Shown here: in pieces, positions 39,561-51,754 of the stretch | Position numbering within the stretch: position 1 is the first letter of the stretch | Layout: each line of letters starts with the position of its first letter | From: Chiloscyllium plagiosum | Lineage: Eukaryota | Length of the DNA stretch: 64,000 bases | NCBI RefSeq assembly: GCF_004010195.1 | Contig: NC_057720.1 | Span: 90,658,923-90,722,922, forward strand | Direction: 5' to 3' | The notes under the pieces: model-generated | The model's database searches: none | What the model saw: only the letters and a program-made list of their open reading frames with translations | Told to the model about the DNA's origin: nothing | Made by a program: the position numbers and the translations under genes

Positions 39561-42059
39561 AATCAGAAAGACAGTGGGTAGGAGTTCAAGCCCCTTTACA
39601 CGGCTACATCAAATGTTTTCCGTGATTGTACAGCTCGTGTAATGTGCTGGGTAAATCTCCCTCTATATTGTGCTGTCTAATGCAATCATATCAAACACAT
39701 TTTGGTTTAGACAAAGAGGAGTGGCATCCAGGATTCCCTAAAAAAAACCTCCCAGAGTAGGTACATCACAGAGTCGATACAGAATAAATCGACCTCTACA
39801 ATATTAAACATTCCATAAGATGTGCAGTAAAGGTTAATTATAGATTAAATATGCATTACACTGAACCCATTAAACATTCCTCAGCCTAGAATAATACTGC
39901 TGAGATACAATGAAAACACTATCACAGTAAAGTCTTGCAGCCTCATTCCTATAAAGTATTTACAGATCACTCAATACTCAGACAGGTTTTTGAGAAAATC
40001 TTGCTGTACTGACTCAAATCTCTCTAAAGAAATGGATGAATTTGGCTGAGAGGATATGTTGGTGAGGTGTTGGCTTCATGTTATTGACGAAAACATTGTC
40101 CGATCGTGGAGAGGCAAAAAAGGCATCCGATATAAAGAAAAAAGGGGGGAAGGCAGGAGGGAAGAGAGAAAAAGAGAGAAAGAAATATTAGCTGTGCCAA
40201 TGTATCTCTTAATTAAAGTTTTTTTGACCAAACATGACAATTGATAACTTTGTCATTCAACAATCATACAACTTATGTAATAAAAAAGTCCTAACATCAA
40301 TTAGTATTGGAATCCATTGAGTTATTTGCATTTTTTTTCCACAATTCGTGTGCTGTGCTTGTGGGGAAATATAAATTGGGGTTTTGTTGTTCTGTAATCT
40401 ATTCTATTTTTGTTTTAATTTACATAAATGCTTAATTGGTTTCAATGAAGTGATGATGACAGCAAAGCCAGATGAACGAAGTGATTTATTGGTAAGTTTC
40501 AAATCGAAACAAGTTTATTTTAAGAATGTTGACCATTTGCAGAAGTGAATACAAATTTATGAAGATGAATTGCAACAGATTTTATTTATTTATGGACGAT
40601 AAACACAATGTAAAACTTTTATTTAGGTTAACAATTCAGTGCTGAAAATTCTGCAATTAAAGTTCATGTTGAACTGGATCTACTCTGAATGTCCCACTGA
40701 TCTACATTGTAGTCCGTTTAGACGGTGCAACATCACTCCAAGTATGTTTTAGAATATTCACGTGAAATACGTGAACTGACATCCGGAACTGCCGCAACAA
40801 TTACATTTAATTGATATAGTTGTTGTGAGGTTTCGTTACGTGTATTACTTTCTGGAAAGGGTCAGCAATGAGTCCCTATCCCCAAATACCCATTGTATTG
40901 CTTGCTAAAGCCACTTCAGAACACAGTCAATTACTTCCCAGTGGGTCTGGAATCTCATGTCGGCCAGACCATATAAAGATGACAGATGCCTTGTCATTCG
41001 TGAACCAGCTGTTTTTGTATTTTCCCATTGACTCGGGTTACATGGTCACCATTTGGCTTTCTTTCCGATTCCAGGATTTCTTTAAATTCAGATTTCACTC
41101 TGGGCAAACGATGGTATTCCAAACCCCGTCCATTCAGCATTAAACTGGAGGTCGGGAATACTGGTCTCATGATATCACCACTGTGATCGTAATGTTGGGA
41201 ATGCACAGAAAGCGGTCACAAACAGAAATGCAATAAATCTGACACTTTACATCATGAACAAATATTGGAGTGCAATACTGGAAAGAATTCTCTTGCTGTT
41301 CACAGCAACATCACAGGAGACTTTGCATCCAATCATCAATCTAAAATCTGTATCGGACCCTGTCTGAAGAGCCTGACTCACCATAATTTGCATTTTTTGA
41401 ATTCTTCACTGAATTATGATAAATTTAGTCACATATCCCAAGAAGGTGGCCATCAGCTACCTTTTTGAAGGCTGCCACCTTGCTAGGCTAATTATGGTTG
41501 ATCTTTCTTAAGAAGCTTTATGACAACTAATTGGCTTCTCAGTAGAGACTGTAGTGCTGGAAACGTACAGCAGGAGAATCAACGTTTCGGGCATAAGGCC
41601 TTCATTAGGATACCTGATGAAGGGGTTATGCCTGGAACGTTGATTCTACTGCTCCTCGCATGCTGCCTGACCTGCTGTGCCTTTCCAGCACTACACTCTC
41701 AACTTTGACCTCCAGCACCTGCACTCCTTACTTTCTCCTGACTGGTTTCTTACTCAGATTCGGCACAGGAAAGGGCCATCGCCTTATTGTTGAACGGGTA
41801 GGGCAGGCCAGGTAGGAAGGTCAGGCGTCTTCCTCTGAAAGACAATATTAAACCATGTAACATGCTTCAAAACTTTGGTAGGTCTGTCTTTATCGTTCAT
41901 TACTCCAGCATTTTCATTTCATACTCTTTCATTAATTGAAGCTACCATGGTAGAGATTAATTCTCGAACTTTACTCCAAACTTTTCGATTGCTTATTACA
42001 TACTCATAATGCCTCCACAACCACTTTATCAAACTGTCATGTTAGCTTCAATGATTTTT

Positions 42060-43740
42060 TTTTATTGACTTCATGGAACACGGTGGCTGCTTTTAGTTGT
42101 CTATAGCGTCCTTCAGAAGATGGCAGAAAGCTGCCTTTCTGAAATAGCATGTTCCAAAATGCCCTAAGAGAGGGAATTCCAGATTTTGACCCAGTTACAG
42201 TAAAGGTTCGATGATATATTTCCATGTCAGGATGCCGAGCGGTTTAGAGAGGAGCTGTTCCCATGTATCTGCTTCTCTTGTCCTTCGAGATGCAAGTGGG
42301 AAGGTATTGTCTAAGCAAGTGGCTATGTTACTGCAGTATAGTATTTTAGATAGTGCATACGGCAGGTACTAAGCATCAGATTTGGAGGCAATGGACACTT
42401 GTGGATGTGCTGCTGATCAAGTGCGATGCTGGCCAATGCCGAGCTTCTTGAGTGCAATTGAAGCTGCTCCTATCCAATCTAGGGGAGAGCTGTGCTATTA
42501 CCCTCCCGACTTCTGTCTCTTTGACAGTCAATTTGCAAGTCAGGAGAGAGAGTTACTTGCTGCAGTATTCATAGCCTCTGGCCTGCTCTTACAACCATTG
42601 TATTTATATGGTGTGTCCAGCTCAATTTCAAATAGATAATAAAACCCAGGATGTCGATGGTGAGGTATTCAGTGATGGTAACACTACTGAATGTCAAGGG
42701 AATTTGATTGGATTGTCTCTTATTGTCAATGGTCATTGTCTCGCAGTTTTGTGGTGTAAATGCTATTTGCCACTTGTCAGCTCAAGTCTGGATATTGTCC
42801 AGATTTTGTTTCATTTGAATGTGGACTGAGCAGTCACAAAAAAGTGCTCGATTAATGCAGATTTCACTTCTGACCTTCTGATAGAGGGAAGGTCATTGCT
42901 GAAGCAGCTGAAGATGATTGGGCCAAGGACATTTTCTTTAAGGAACTCCAACAGAGATTTGTTTTGGCTGAGACGACTGACCTCTAACAAGCAGAACCAT
43001 CTTCCAATATGTGAGGTATGATGCAGGCAGCATGGAGTTTGTCACCTGATGCCCATTGAATCCAGTTTTGCTAGGACTCTATAATATCACACTCTGTCGA
43101 ATGTGATCTTAATGTCAAGTGCTGTCACTCTCCCTTCATTTCTGGAATTTAGTTCTTTATCCATGTTTAAATCAAGTCTGTAATTCAATCATAGGCTGAG
43201 TCGGCCTTGCATAACCCACATTTTATGTCACTGAGCAGGTTATTGCTGAGCTAGTGCTGTTTGATAGCACCTTCCTACACCTAACTCATGATTGAGCATG
43301 GACTGAAGGGGCAGTAATTCGCCAGGGTGGTTTGACCTATTTTCTGTGCACAGGACATGCCTGGACTATTTTCCACATTGTCCATGCCAGTGTTGTAGCT
43401 CTACCGGGAGTGCTTGGCTAGCACAAGTCATCAGTATTATTACCAGAATTTTGTCAGGCTCCATAGCATTTGTAGTAACCAGTACCCCCGCCCAACATGG
43501 AGAGAAGCGAATTCCCTGATGACAGATATCTGTAATAATCGTGATCACTGGAAGATGCCGAGATGAATCATACAATTGTCACTTCTGGCTGAAGATTGCT
43601 GTGAATGCTTCAGCCTTAACTTTTGCGCTGATGTGTTGTGCTCTCCAAAGCAGAGAAAGGGAATATCTGTGGAGCTTATTCCTCCAATGGGTTGTTTATT
43701 TATCAACCATAATTCATGACTTGACGTGGCAGCACTGCGG
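42060..43740 (-). mobile_element. LINE (same family as 29848-31235), decayed
   Basis: Shared segments, e.g. gagggaaggtcattg..gaagcagctgaagatg. Confidence 0.75.
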
Positions 43741-45559
43741 GCTCAGACACCAGTTTCCTGAATTAATGGTCTAGCCACAATATCTCCAAATATAACCCCA
43801 ACGCCCACTCCATGATGTGGATATGCACAACAAGAGATAGCTTAGCCTTTGTATTGTGTAGATTCCAACAATGCATCGTATATTCGCTTAAATTGTTAGT
43901 CTCGAAAATGCTTTACTTCACAGACTTTAGGATACAATGTTTTGTTTTCAATTCTTCTCTCCGACAGGCAAGGTCATCGATGTCACACTGGCTTTCCTCA
44001 TCACTAATTGCAAAATCAAACGTTTTTCACCTCATCTTTGAACTTACTGATCAAAATTGCTACATTCTTGACGAGATCGTTCAAATACCCTGCAAACAGC
44101 AAAAGGATCCAGCATCAAGTCTTATAATAAACCACTGGACACAAGATGGCTTCACAATGACTACCTTCGACCATTACCTTCTGCCACCGAATAAACCAAA
44201 CTGCACCAGATCCCATGAACCCTTACCATATTGAAGATGCAATATCTTGGCAAAAACCTGATTGAAGTCAATAAGCATTACATCCATTTTTTACACTCGA
44301 TGACACATCTCATTGCCTCTTCGGAAAACAGTATATCAGCCATATCCGATATGATATCACTTCCACCAAAGCCATGCTGAATTTTATTGCTTAGACCTTA
44401 CAATTCCAACTTTTAATCAATGTTGTTCCTTAGATTTATTTATTAATTTCCCTCAAGCTTTCTACTTTTAAACATAGGTTTATGAGCGAAACTATGTTTT
44501 GTCATTTCGCTCCTTTCACCCGGTGATAACTTTTCTTATCTCTCTGACAGATAATTTACTATCACTGAAATAATCTTGTGTCTCTTCTGTTTCGTTCTGG
44601 AAAATGGGAATGGAATTGAGTACAATGTTGAGACCAACAGCAATCTGTCCATTTGTCCTTGATGCTGTCAGTGTGTGTTCACCCTCATAGGCAGGAAATG
44701 CGGAAAGTAGCGCTTGGTGTATCATTCTCAGCTGGCGCACAACTTCCTGTTTCTATGTGCCAGCAGCAGCTCACTTCTGATCAGAAAATAAACCCAGGGA
44801 ATGTAATCTGGCGGAGACATCTGCCGATGTGGCCTATATCAGGACACAGAGTGTGAAGCGATCGCATTGAATTGCCATTTGCAAATCGACCTTTTGATCT
44901 CTGTTTCACGGTCTGATTCGAGGATGCCATTGGACGAGTCTCTCTGCCATGTAACAAGCTCATTCGATTCACTAAAGTCTGGAATATATCAACTGCACCT
45001 TTTCATGTCTTTGAACTTGTATTTCATGTTTCTCTTTCATCAGATTTAATGTTCCCAGTTTTAGATTCTGTCTTCTGTATTCATCACCTCACCAGCTAAA
45101 TGCATTCTGTTTGATCTATTTCCTAGATTTTGATCAACTAAACAAATAATACAGTTTTGTACAGACAGGTATGTCGGTGTGTCAGATTAACAGAATCAAT
45201 ACATGGAGAGATCACCTTGGCTGTATCTAACTCTGACTGACATTGAATTCAAATAAAGCACAGCACTGTATGGTTTCAAACTTTGCAAATCCTCTCTCTT
45301 TGAAAGAGCTTGTTCTAACGGTTAATTATTTTCTTGATTCTATCAGAAACTGTGACTAAAAGCCCCTATTTCTAACAAAGTTTCAAATATCATTAAAATT
45401 TGTGGCACTGGCATTTCCCACAGTGAGCTTTGTGGTGTTTCAACGCTCTGGTCATAATGTGTTTCAAGCAGAAGACTAAAACATAGGGTTCTCCAAGTTC
45501 CCAGCCATTGCCCTTGCACTTCCATAATAATTGCAAGCTATTGATAAGCCCCAGAATGA

Positions 45560-46700
45560 ACAGAATGTCCAAGTCCTGTACACATCCAAACGCCATGATG
45601 TAGGTCTCAAAGTCCTCCATTTCTTCCTGTCACGACAACCCAAGCAGTACCCTTCCTCTCACACTCTCATTCGCTTGGTTGAACTGCTCAATCCTCAACT
45701 ACATTTCCTCCAAACCAAAGAGGTAGCCATGTACACCTGTATGGGCCCCAGTTATGCCTGCCTCTTCGTCAGATATGTGGAACAGTCAATCCTCCACAGC
45801 TACACCGGTATCATTGCCCACCTTTACCTTTGCTACATTGCTGACTGTATCAGCGCCACTTCATGCTACCACTAGGAGGTTGAACTTCACTAAAACCTTC
45901 CACCCTGACCTCAACTTCACAGGGACCATCTCGGACACCTCCCTCCCTCCCTTTCCTAGACCTCTCCAGCTCTATCTCCAGTGACCGACTAAACATTTAC
46001 TACAGGCCCACTGACTCCCACAGCTACCTGGACTGCACCTCTTCCCACCCTACCTCCGGTAAAAACACCATCCCTTATTCTCAATTCTTCTGCCTCCACT
46101 GCATCTGCTCCAGGAGGACCAGTTCCACCATAGAACATCCCAGATAATCTCCTTTGTCCAAGACTGAATTTCCCCTCCCATGTGGACGACGATGCCATTG
46201 AACCCCATCCCTCCGATCGCAACAAGGATCCCTCCTGGTCCTCACCTTCCACCGCACCAACCGCCACATACATCACATCATTCTCCGCCACTTCACCACC
46301 TGAAAACAGACCCCATCACTCCCTATCTGCATTCTGCAGACACCATTCCTCTCTGCGACTCCCTCGTCAGGTCCATGCCCCTGACACCAGCCACTCCCCA
46401 CCCGTCACTTTCCCCTGCCACCATAGAAAGTGCAAAACCTGAGCCCACACCTCCCCCCTCAACTCTGACAAGGCCCCAAATGATCCTTCCACATCCCACA
46501 GAAACTTAGCTTTACTTCCACAAATGTCATCCACTGTGTCTGTTCCACCTGATGTGGTCAGCTTTACACCAGGGAGAAAGGTCACTAACTTGCGGATTAT
46601 TTCAGAGAACATCTCTCGGATACCCGCACCAACCAACCCCACGGCCCCATGGCTGAACACTTTAACTCCCTCTCCCACTCCACCAAGAACAAGCTGGTCA
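45560..46700 (+). mobile_element. Penelope-like retroelement RT/GIY-YIG relic
   Basis: VAMYTCMGPSYACLFVRYVEQS (consensus GVAMGTRMGPSYA); YRPTDSHSYLD; C..CKT region. Confidence 0.8.
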
Positions 46701-47227
46701 TTCTCCTGTTCATTTCCAATGAATAAATACAAAATAACTGAGTCTGAATTTGGGATGATATTAACAGGGTTTATTTCGATCTAAGCAGGAACAGAGTATT
46801 TTGACATAACAGGTGGAGAGATTCACTTCCGGAAAAAGCAGCTCGAGTGATATAAGCTCTCACAAAACCGAGTTTGGTCAATACAGCATAAAACAGATAT
46901 AGTCTTGAGTGAAATAAATAAAGAAACTATCTTAGCCCCAGAACAAGATAGGGTGTATTAAATATGAACAAAGACACAAGTATTTTAGAATATAATAGAA
47001 AAGTAATTTATTGTATATTGAAACGCAAACAGGCGCGAATTTGTGTCTCTACACTCTTCCTAGCTAAATTAAGAATTTTAGAAATGGCTTTGTTAAATTT
47101 CATGTATCACTCGTCGGTCCATTCCACGAATCTTGCTAGGTCCTTGTTAAGTTCTGAACCATCGTCTTCCTGATTCATAGTCATTGCTCGTTTCATGGTA
47201 CAGCAAATTGTGAAGGTGTGTACTGTA

Positions 47228-49343
47228 CGCCAATGTCTTAGACAAAAATTTAAAGCAATCACAGTTCCAAACATTTACAAAATATCACTATGGATCTTCC
47301 TTGAGTCCAAAAAAGCAATGATTTCTCAAATTTGCTCAAATATCTGTTGTGAACGACATTGTCAAATAACTTGAGGTGCAAATGGCTCACATCAATCCGA
47401 ATACAGTAACATTTCATGTGTTACCCCCCACAAAAAAATCAAGTAAAGTTTGTTGTCAAGAGTTGCTCTAAGCAAGTCTATGATGGATTCTTTTATCAAA
47501 CAAAATCATTTCCAATGTTGCGAGGGCTCGTCTATCTTCTGTGCAATGATCTGAATTTTGTGTCTGACTGCAGATGAAACTGACTGATCTGGGTAAAAAT
47601 ACAGTTTGTGCCTTTCACATTGTTAATGTATATTGCTGACTTTAGTTGAATCAAGTGATGTTGTCCCAGGCATCGTCTGGCACCATTAATTGGGCCATTA
47701 ATTTCCACTAGCCGGAGAGTCAGGTGGAGTTTATTGGTATCATTGAAACGAAGGCTTGGAATATTTCCGGTATGAATCATGTGAATTAGAGCCTCTAAGC
47801 GAGACAAAGTAGGAAAGATTAATTTCGAGTAGTGGAAGTTTTCACGACAGAGAGAGATCACTTCGCCCATCGCACCTGTGTCACGTGAAGACAGAGCCTT
47901 CCAGACAACACCCAATTTATAGCATGTTGTCCATAACCCTGCAGGTGATAGCACTGTAAACATTCGGGAACATTGTGTAGGGTTTAATCAATTATCAACG
48001 TAACTATGATCTCCAATGCTGTAAATCCTGGCTTATGGGGAAAAAGCAGGGGCAGAACTGTATCAACATTCAAACAGTTGGTACAGCCCGGAGGAACTAA
48101 TAGGCCCATTTCTAAACGTTGTTTCTCAGGACATTTTGACTATTCTTGACTTATCATCATTGTAAACTGATATGTTGAAAACACAGACATGTTCCCCAGA
48201 AATGCTGACAGCAACACACCTTTATTCAGCCAAAATCAGCAACACGAATTAAGAAAGTTTTTTTTTAAAAAAAACGTTCTTTTAACTGATTATTGACAAC
48301 ACGGATTTCACAAAGTGCAAAGTGCAGAGGGGAAGGGTGGAGGGGTGGGGCTGGGCGACGTTCACTGTTCCCTGATGTCTGGTTGCTTTTGTGAGCAACA
48401 GGTGAATCTGCGAACCAGATTCAGGATGGTACTGCAGGTATTTCAGGAGATACTGTGTACACGGCATTCTCCCATAAATCAGCAATGACATGAACATTTA
48501 TTTTTTATGGTGTTTGAAGCCAACTAAAATCGAACAATATAGTGGCACAACTTGCTTTCATTTCTTTGAACTCGTATCAAGGGACGCTCTCTGTGGACCT
48601 GGGGTGGAAGGAGGATCTTTAACAACAGATGTGAGGGAACAGAATCACCGTTGGAAATCCAGATAGACTGGAACGTTTTTCACTGGAGGGTGAGAATTCG
48701 GGGGGTGACCTCATATAAGTTTATAAAGCCATAAGTGGAAAGATGAATGGCTTTAATTGGCATTATTCATACCAGAAATGTTCAAAGCTTTCGTTTCAAA
48801 AATATCACATATCAATAAACTCCACCTGATAGTCTGGCTGGCGATGTGGAAATTAATGGTCTAATTAATGGTGCCAGATGATGCATGGGACAACATCACT
48901 TTATCAACTAAAGTCAGAAATATAAATTAACAATGTGAAAGGCAGAGACTGTGCTTTTACACAGATGAGCCAGTTTCATCTGCAGACAGACACAACTTAA
49001 AATTCAAACCATTGCACAGAAGATAGACGAGCCCTCACAACATAGGAAAATATTTTGTTTGATAAAAGAATCCATCGTAGACTTCCTCATAGCAATTCGT
49101 GTCAACAAACTTGCTTGTTTTTTTTTTGTGTGGAGTAACACACGAAATGTCACTTTAATCCGATTGATGTGAACCATTTGCACTTCAAAAGTTATTTGAA
49201 AACGTCCTTCACAACAGATACACGAGTAAATTTTAGAAATCATTGATCAAAGGGGGCAATCTTTTCTGGATTCAAGGAAGATCCATATTTTGTGAATGTT
49301 TGGAGCTGGGATTGTTTTCAATTTTTGACTAAGACATTGGCGT
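47228..49343. repeat. Long inverted repeat: arms ~47228-47781 and ~48761-49343, spacer ~1 kb
   Basis: The arms align in reverse complement along their length. One 80-bp stretch (47478-47557 vs 49001-49080) has 7 mismatches by eye. Confidence 0.9.
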
Positions 49344-49354
49344 TTTTCAACAAT

Positions 49355-49630
49355 AGGGAACATGTTTTTACATTGAGAGGAGAAAAACTTTAAAAAAACA
49401 TATCAGAGACAACGTTTTACACAGAGAATGGTTTGTGTGTGGGATGATTTTATGGTGGATACTTAAACCTTTAGAAGACATTTGGATAAGTAAATGAATA
49501 TCAAATGTTTGGAAGGATATGGGCCAAGTACACACAGGTTGGATTAGTTTAGTTTGGGACAATGACTGGCATGGACTGGTTGGACCGAAGTGTCTGTAAC
49601 CATGCTGTATCACTCCATGACTCTATGACT
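49355..49630 (+). mobile_element. CR1-type LINE 3' end
   Basis: Typical 3' UTR and (ctctatga)n tail. Confidence 0.75.
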
Positions 49631-50334
49631 ATTTATCAATTTTTCTCAATATTAAACAATCTGTAGTGATCCTCCAATGAACTGTTGATGTTTAGGTTGT
49701 GTCTAAGACTCTGCGAACATTTCCTTCAATGAGAAGAAGGACTAGTTCCCCTAGTTGCACAACTGAAAAATAAACATTCCTCCAGCATTGTTGCTGAGTA
49801 GAGTTGTTTCTGCTGAGGCAGTAGTTATGGTTTGCAGTTGGCTTTCCACCAACTGGTCAACAGTGAGACAAAATATCTTTGATCCACTGCAGAATCTCCA
49901 CCTGCTTCCAGTAAGTGAAACTGGGAACTCAAGGACCTTTTCTGCAGTCAGCTTAATTGCTGCCAACTGTTGTATCTGGCCGATTAAAGGGAAAATGAAT
50001 CGTCTAAGGTAAAGTCCTACCAAACAAACTATGTTTTCCCATTTAATCACCATGGACACATTTCACTTGACATTTCTTCTTTAAAAAGGAAAGTCACTGA
50101 ATACAGTATTCACTGTATGACTATCAGAAAACAGGACATTGACGTTCTGGCTCGTTCAGCCTGTTTATTGAGTATCTTTAAAGCTCCGGAACATGAAGTT
50201 AATGGATCCAAATTCCCACATTGCAGTAACATTTGTTATCATCTCAAAGTAAATTAACAAACTTGAATTGGTTCAAAGTCACATCACTTTGTTTAGAAAG
50301 ATCTTGACAGAACCGTTTCCCACAAGTTATCAGA

Positions 50335-50383
50335 ATGATTGTGTCGACAATTTTTCTAAATTTGTTACTGACTTTCTTATCAT
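50335..50383 (+). pseudogene. IgM-type VH leader exon
   Basis: ATG..MIVSTIFLNLLLTFLS T|GTGAG. A 126-bp intron leads to the V exon, and the spliced signal peptide ends CVQS. Confidence 0.9.
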
Positions 50384-50509
50384 GTGAGCGTTTTTGTTCA
50401 AGTCTCTCTTTGTTACTGTCTCAACGTTAGTCTCCCGCAGGAACGTAAAAGACACAGCCATCATTTCGTCAACAGAAATGCTCAAGCTTTATTTGTTTTC
50501 TTTGTAAAG

Positions 50510-50804
50510 GTGTCCAGTCGGATGTTGTTTTGACTCAGCCAGAGGCAGAGTCCGGCCGTCCCGCAAGCAGCCTGAAACTGACCCGTAAAACCAGCGGGTT
50601 CAATCTTGGCAGCGACTGGATGCACTGGGTCCGACAGGTTCCCGGGCAGGGTCTGGAGTGGCTTGTTAGCTACTATAGCTCATCCAACAGTTACTATGCA
50701 CCAGCGATTAAGGATCGATTTACTTCAAACAACATTTTAGCGTTGGACATGGGGAGCCTGAAGATCGAAGACACCGCCATCGCTTACTGTGCAAGAAAGT
50801 GTGT
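50510..50804 (+). pseudogene. IgM-type VH segment (probably V already joined to D1), defective
   Basis: [78 protein letters not shown]. The first canonical Cys is replaced by Arg (CGT), there is an in-frame FR3 deletion after RFT, and YYC has become AYC. Confidence 0.92.
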
Positions 50805-50842
50805 CACAGTGTTGTGCATAGCGGCATCCTCATACAAAAACC
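50805..50842 (+). promoter_or_regulatory. Recombination signal sequence, 22-bp spacer
   Basis: CACAGTG-22 bp-ACAAAAACC; perfect heptamer and nonamer. Confidence 0.95.
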
Positions 50843-51143
50843 ACTGACAAGGATTTATATCAAGTTGGTGATTTCTACCGTGGCAGGAGCGAGAAATAAT
50901 GTGAGATGCAACTTAACTGCAATCCAGTCGTGCTAGTTTTTACAAATGTATAATTTTTTCTACCTTCTTAGTGTTGATTGTCAAGTTAAATGCAGACCAA
51001 ACCTGTAAAAGTATTCCAAGCTTTCAAAATACAATGAATAGTAAAAGCTGAAATAATGTCCTGAATAAGTTTTAGAGGAGTCTGAATCACTGCTTACCAG
51101 GAAGTGATGAAATTATCTGCATTTTCCAGTTACAGTCTGTCAT

Positions 51144-51171
51144 AGTATTTGACACAATGTGTCTCACAGTG
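51144..51171 (-). promoter_or_regulatory. Recombination signal sequence, 12-bp spacer
   Basis: The top strand reads AGTATTTGA-12 bp-CACAGTG immediately 5' of the (D)J coding end; from the coding end it reads CACTGTG...TCAAATACT. Confidence 0.75.
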
Positions 51172-51222
51172 ATATAGCTCTTGATTACTGGGGCCAAGGG
51201 ACCATGGTGACAGTGACTTCAG
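51172..51222 (+). pseudogene. JH segment (probably D2 already joined to J); donor defective
   Basis: AT ATA GCT CTT GAT TAC TGG GGC CAA GGG ACC ATG GTG ACA GTG ACT TCA G = IALDYWGQGTMVTVTS. It is followed by TTAAG instead of GTAAG. Confidence 0.9.
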
Positions 51223-51754
51223 TTAAGAACGTTGAACTTTCTTCGTGACTTTTTAAAAACTTTATATTCATGTGACTAATTTCTGAATGAAATGAAACTC
51301 AGATTCTGTGCTGAGTTTGGTTTGGTTCGGATTGATTTTTGTTCAGACTGATTATAGACTTCAGTTAAGGCTCAGCAGGTAGTTAAAATGGTGATGATGG
51401 AGTCGTTTGCGCAGTGTATCTCTTGTTTTTTGATCAGATGGGCATTTTGTGTGGCTGGGTTACTTGAAACACCTAATGTCTCTTAATCAGTCAGCTATAA
51501 ATAATGTTTAATGTCAGTGACACCCTGACTATGAGTTTTATTATCAACAACAAACGCTAAGAATTGAAAGATGTTCAAGATATTACCAAACATGATTAAA
51601 ATATGCTAAAATATCATTATTCATTTCTTGAATATATGTTTTTACCATGATTATACTTTCTCATTTATTCTGTTTATTTTGTTAATGACAAGCAGGTTAG
51701 AAACTGTCATAAAATTTTCTTGCGGTGCTATATTTAATTCTGATGATGAGATTC

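Noticed and set aside
40324-40331. Octamer ATTTGCAT (also ~41386 and ~7278)
   Set aside because: Isolated 8-mers in AT-rich DNA with no adjacent leader or V exon; expected by chance.
50843-51143. Possible free D segment between the two RSSs (e.g. TACCGTG at ~50876)
   Set aside because: No heptamer/nonamer pair with 12 or 22/23 spacing was found.
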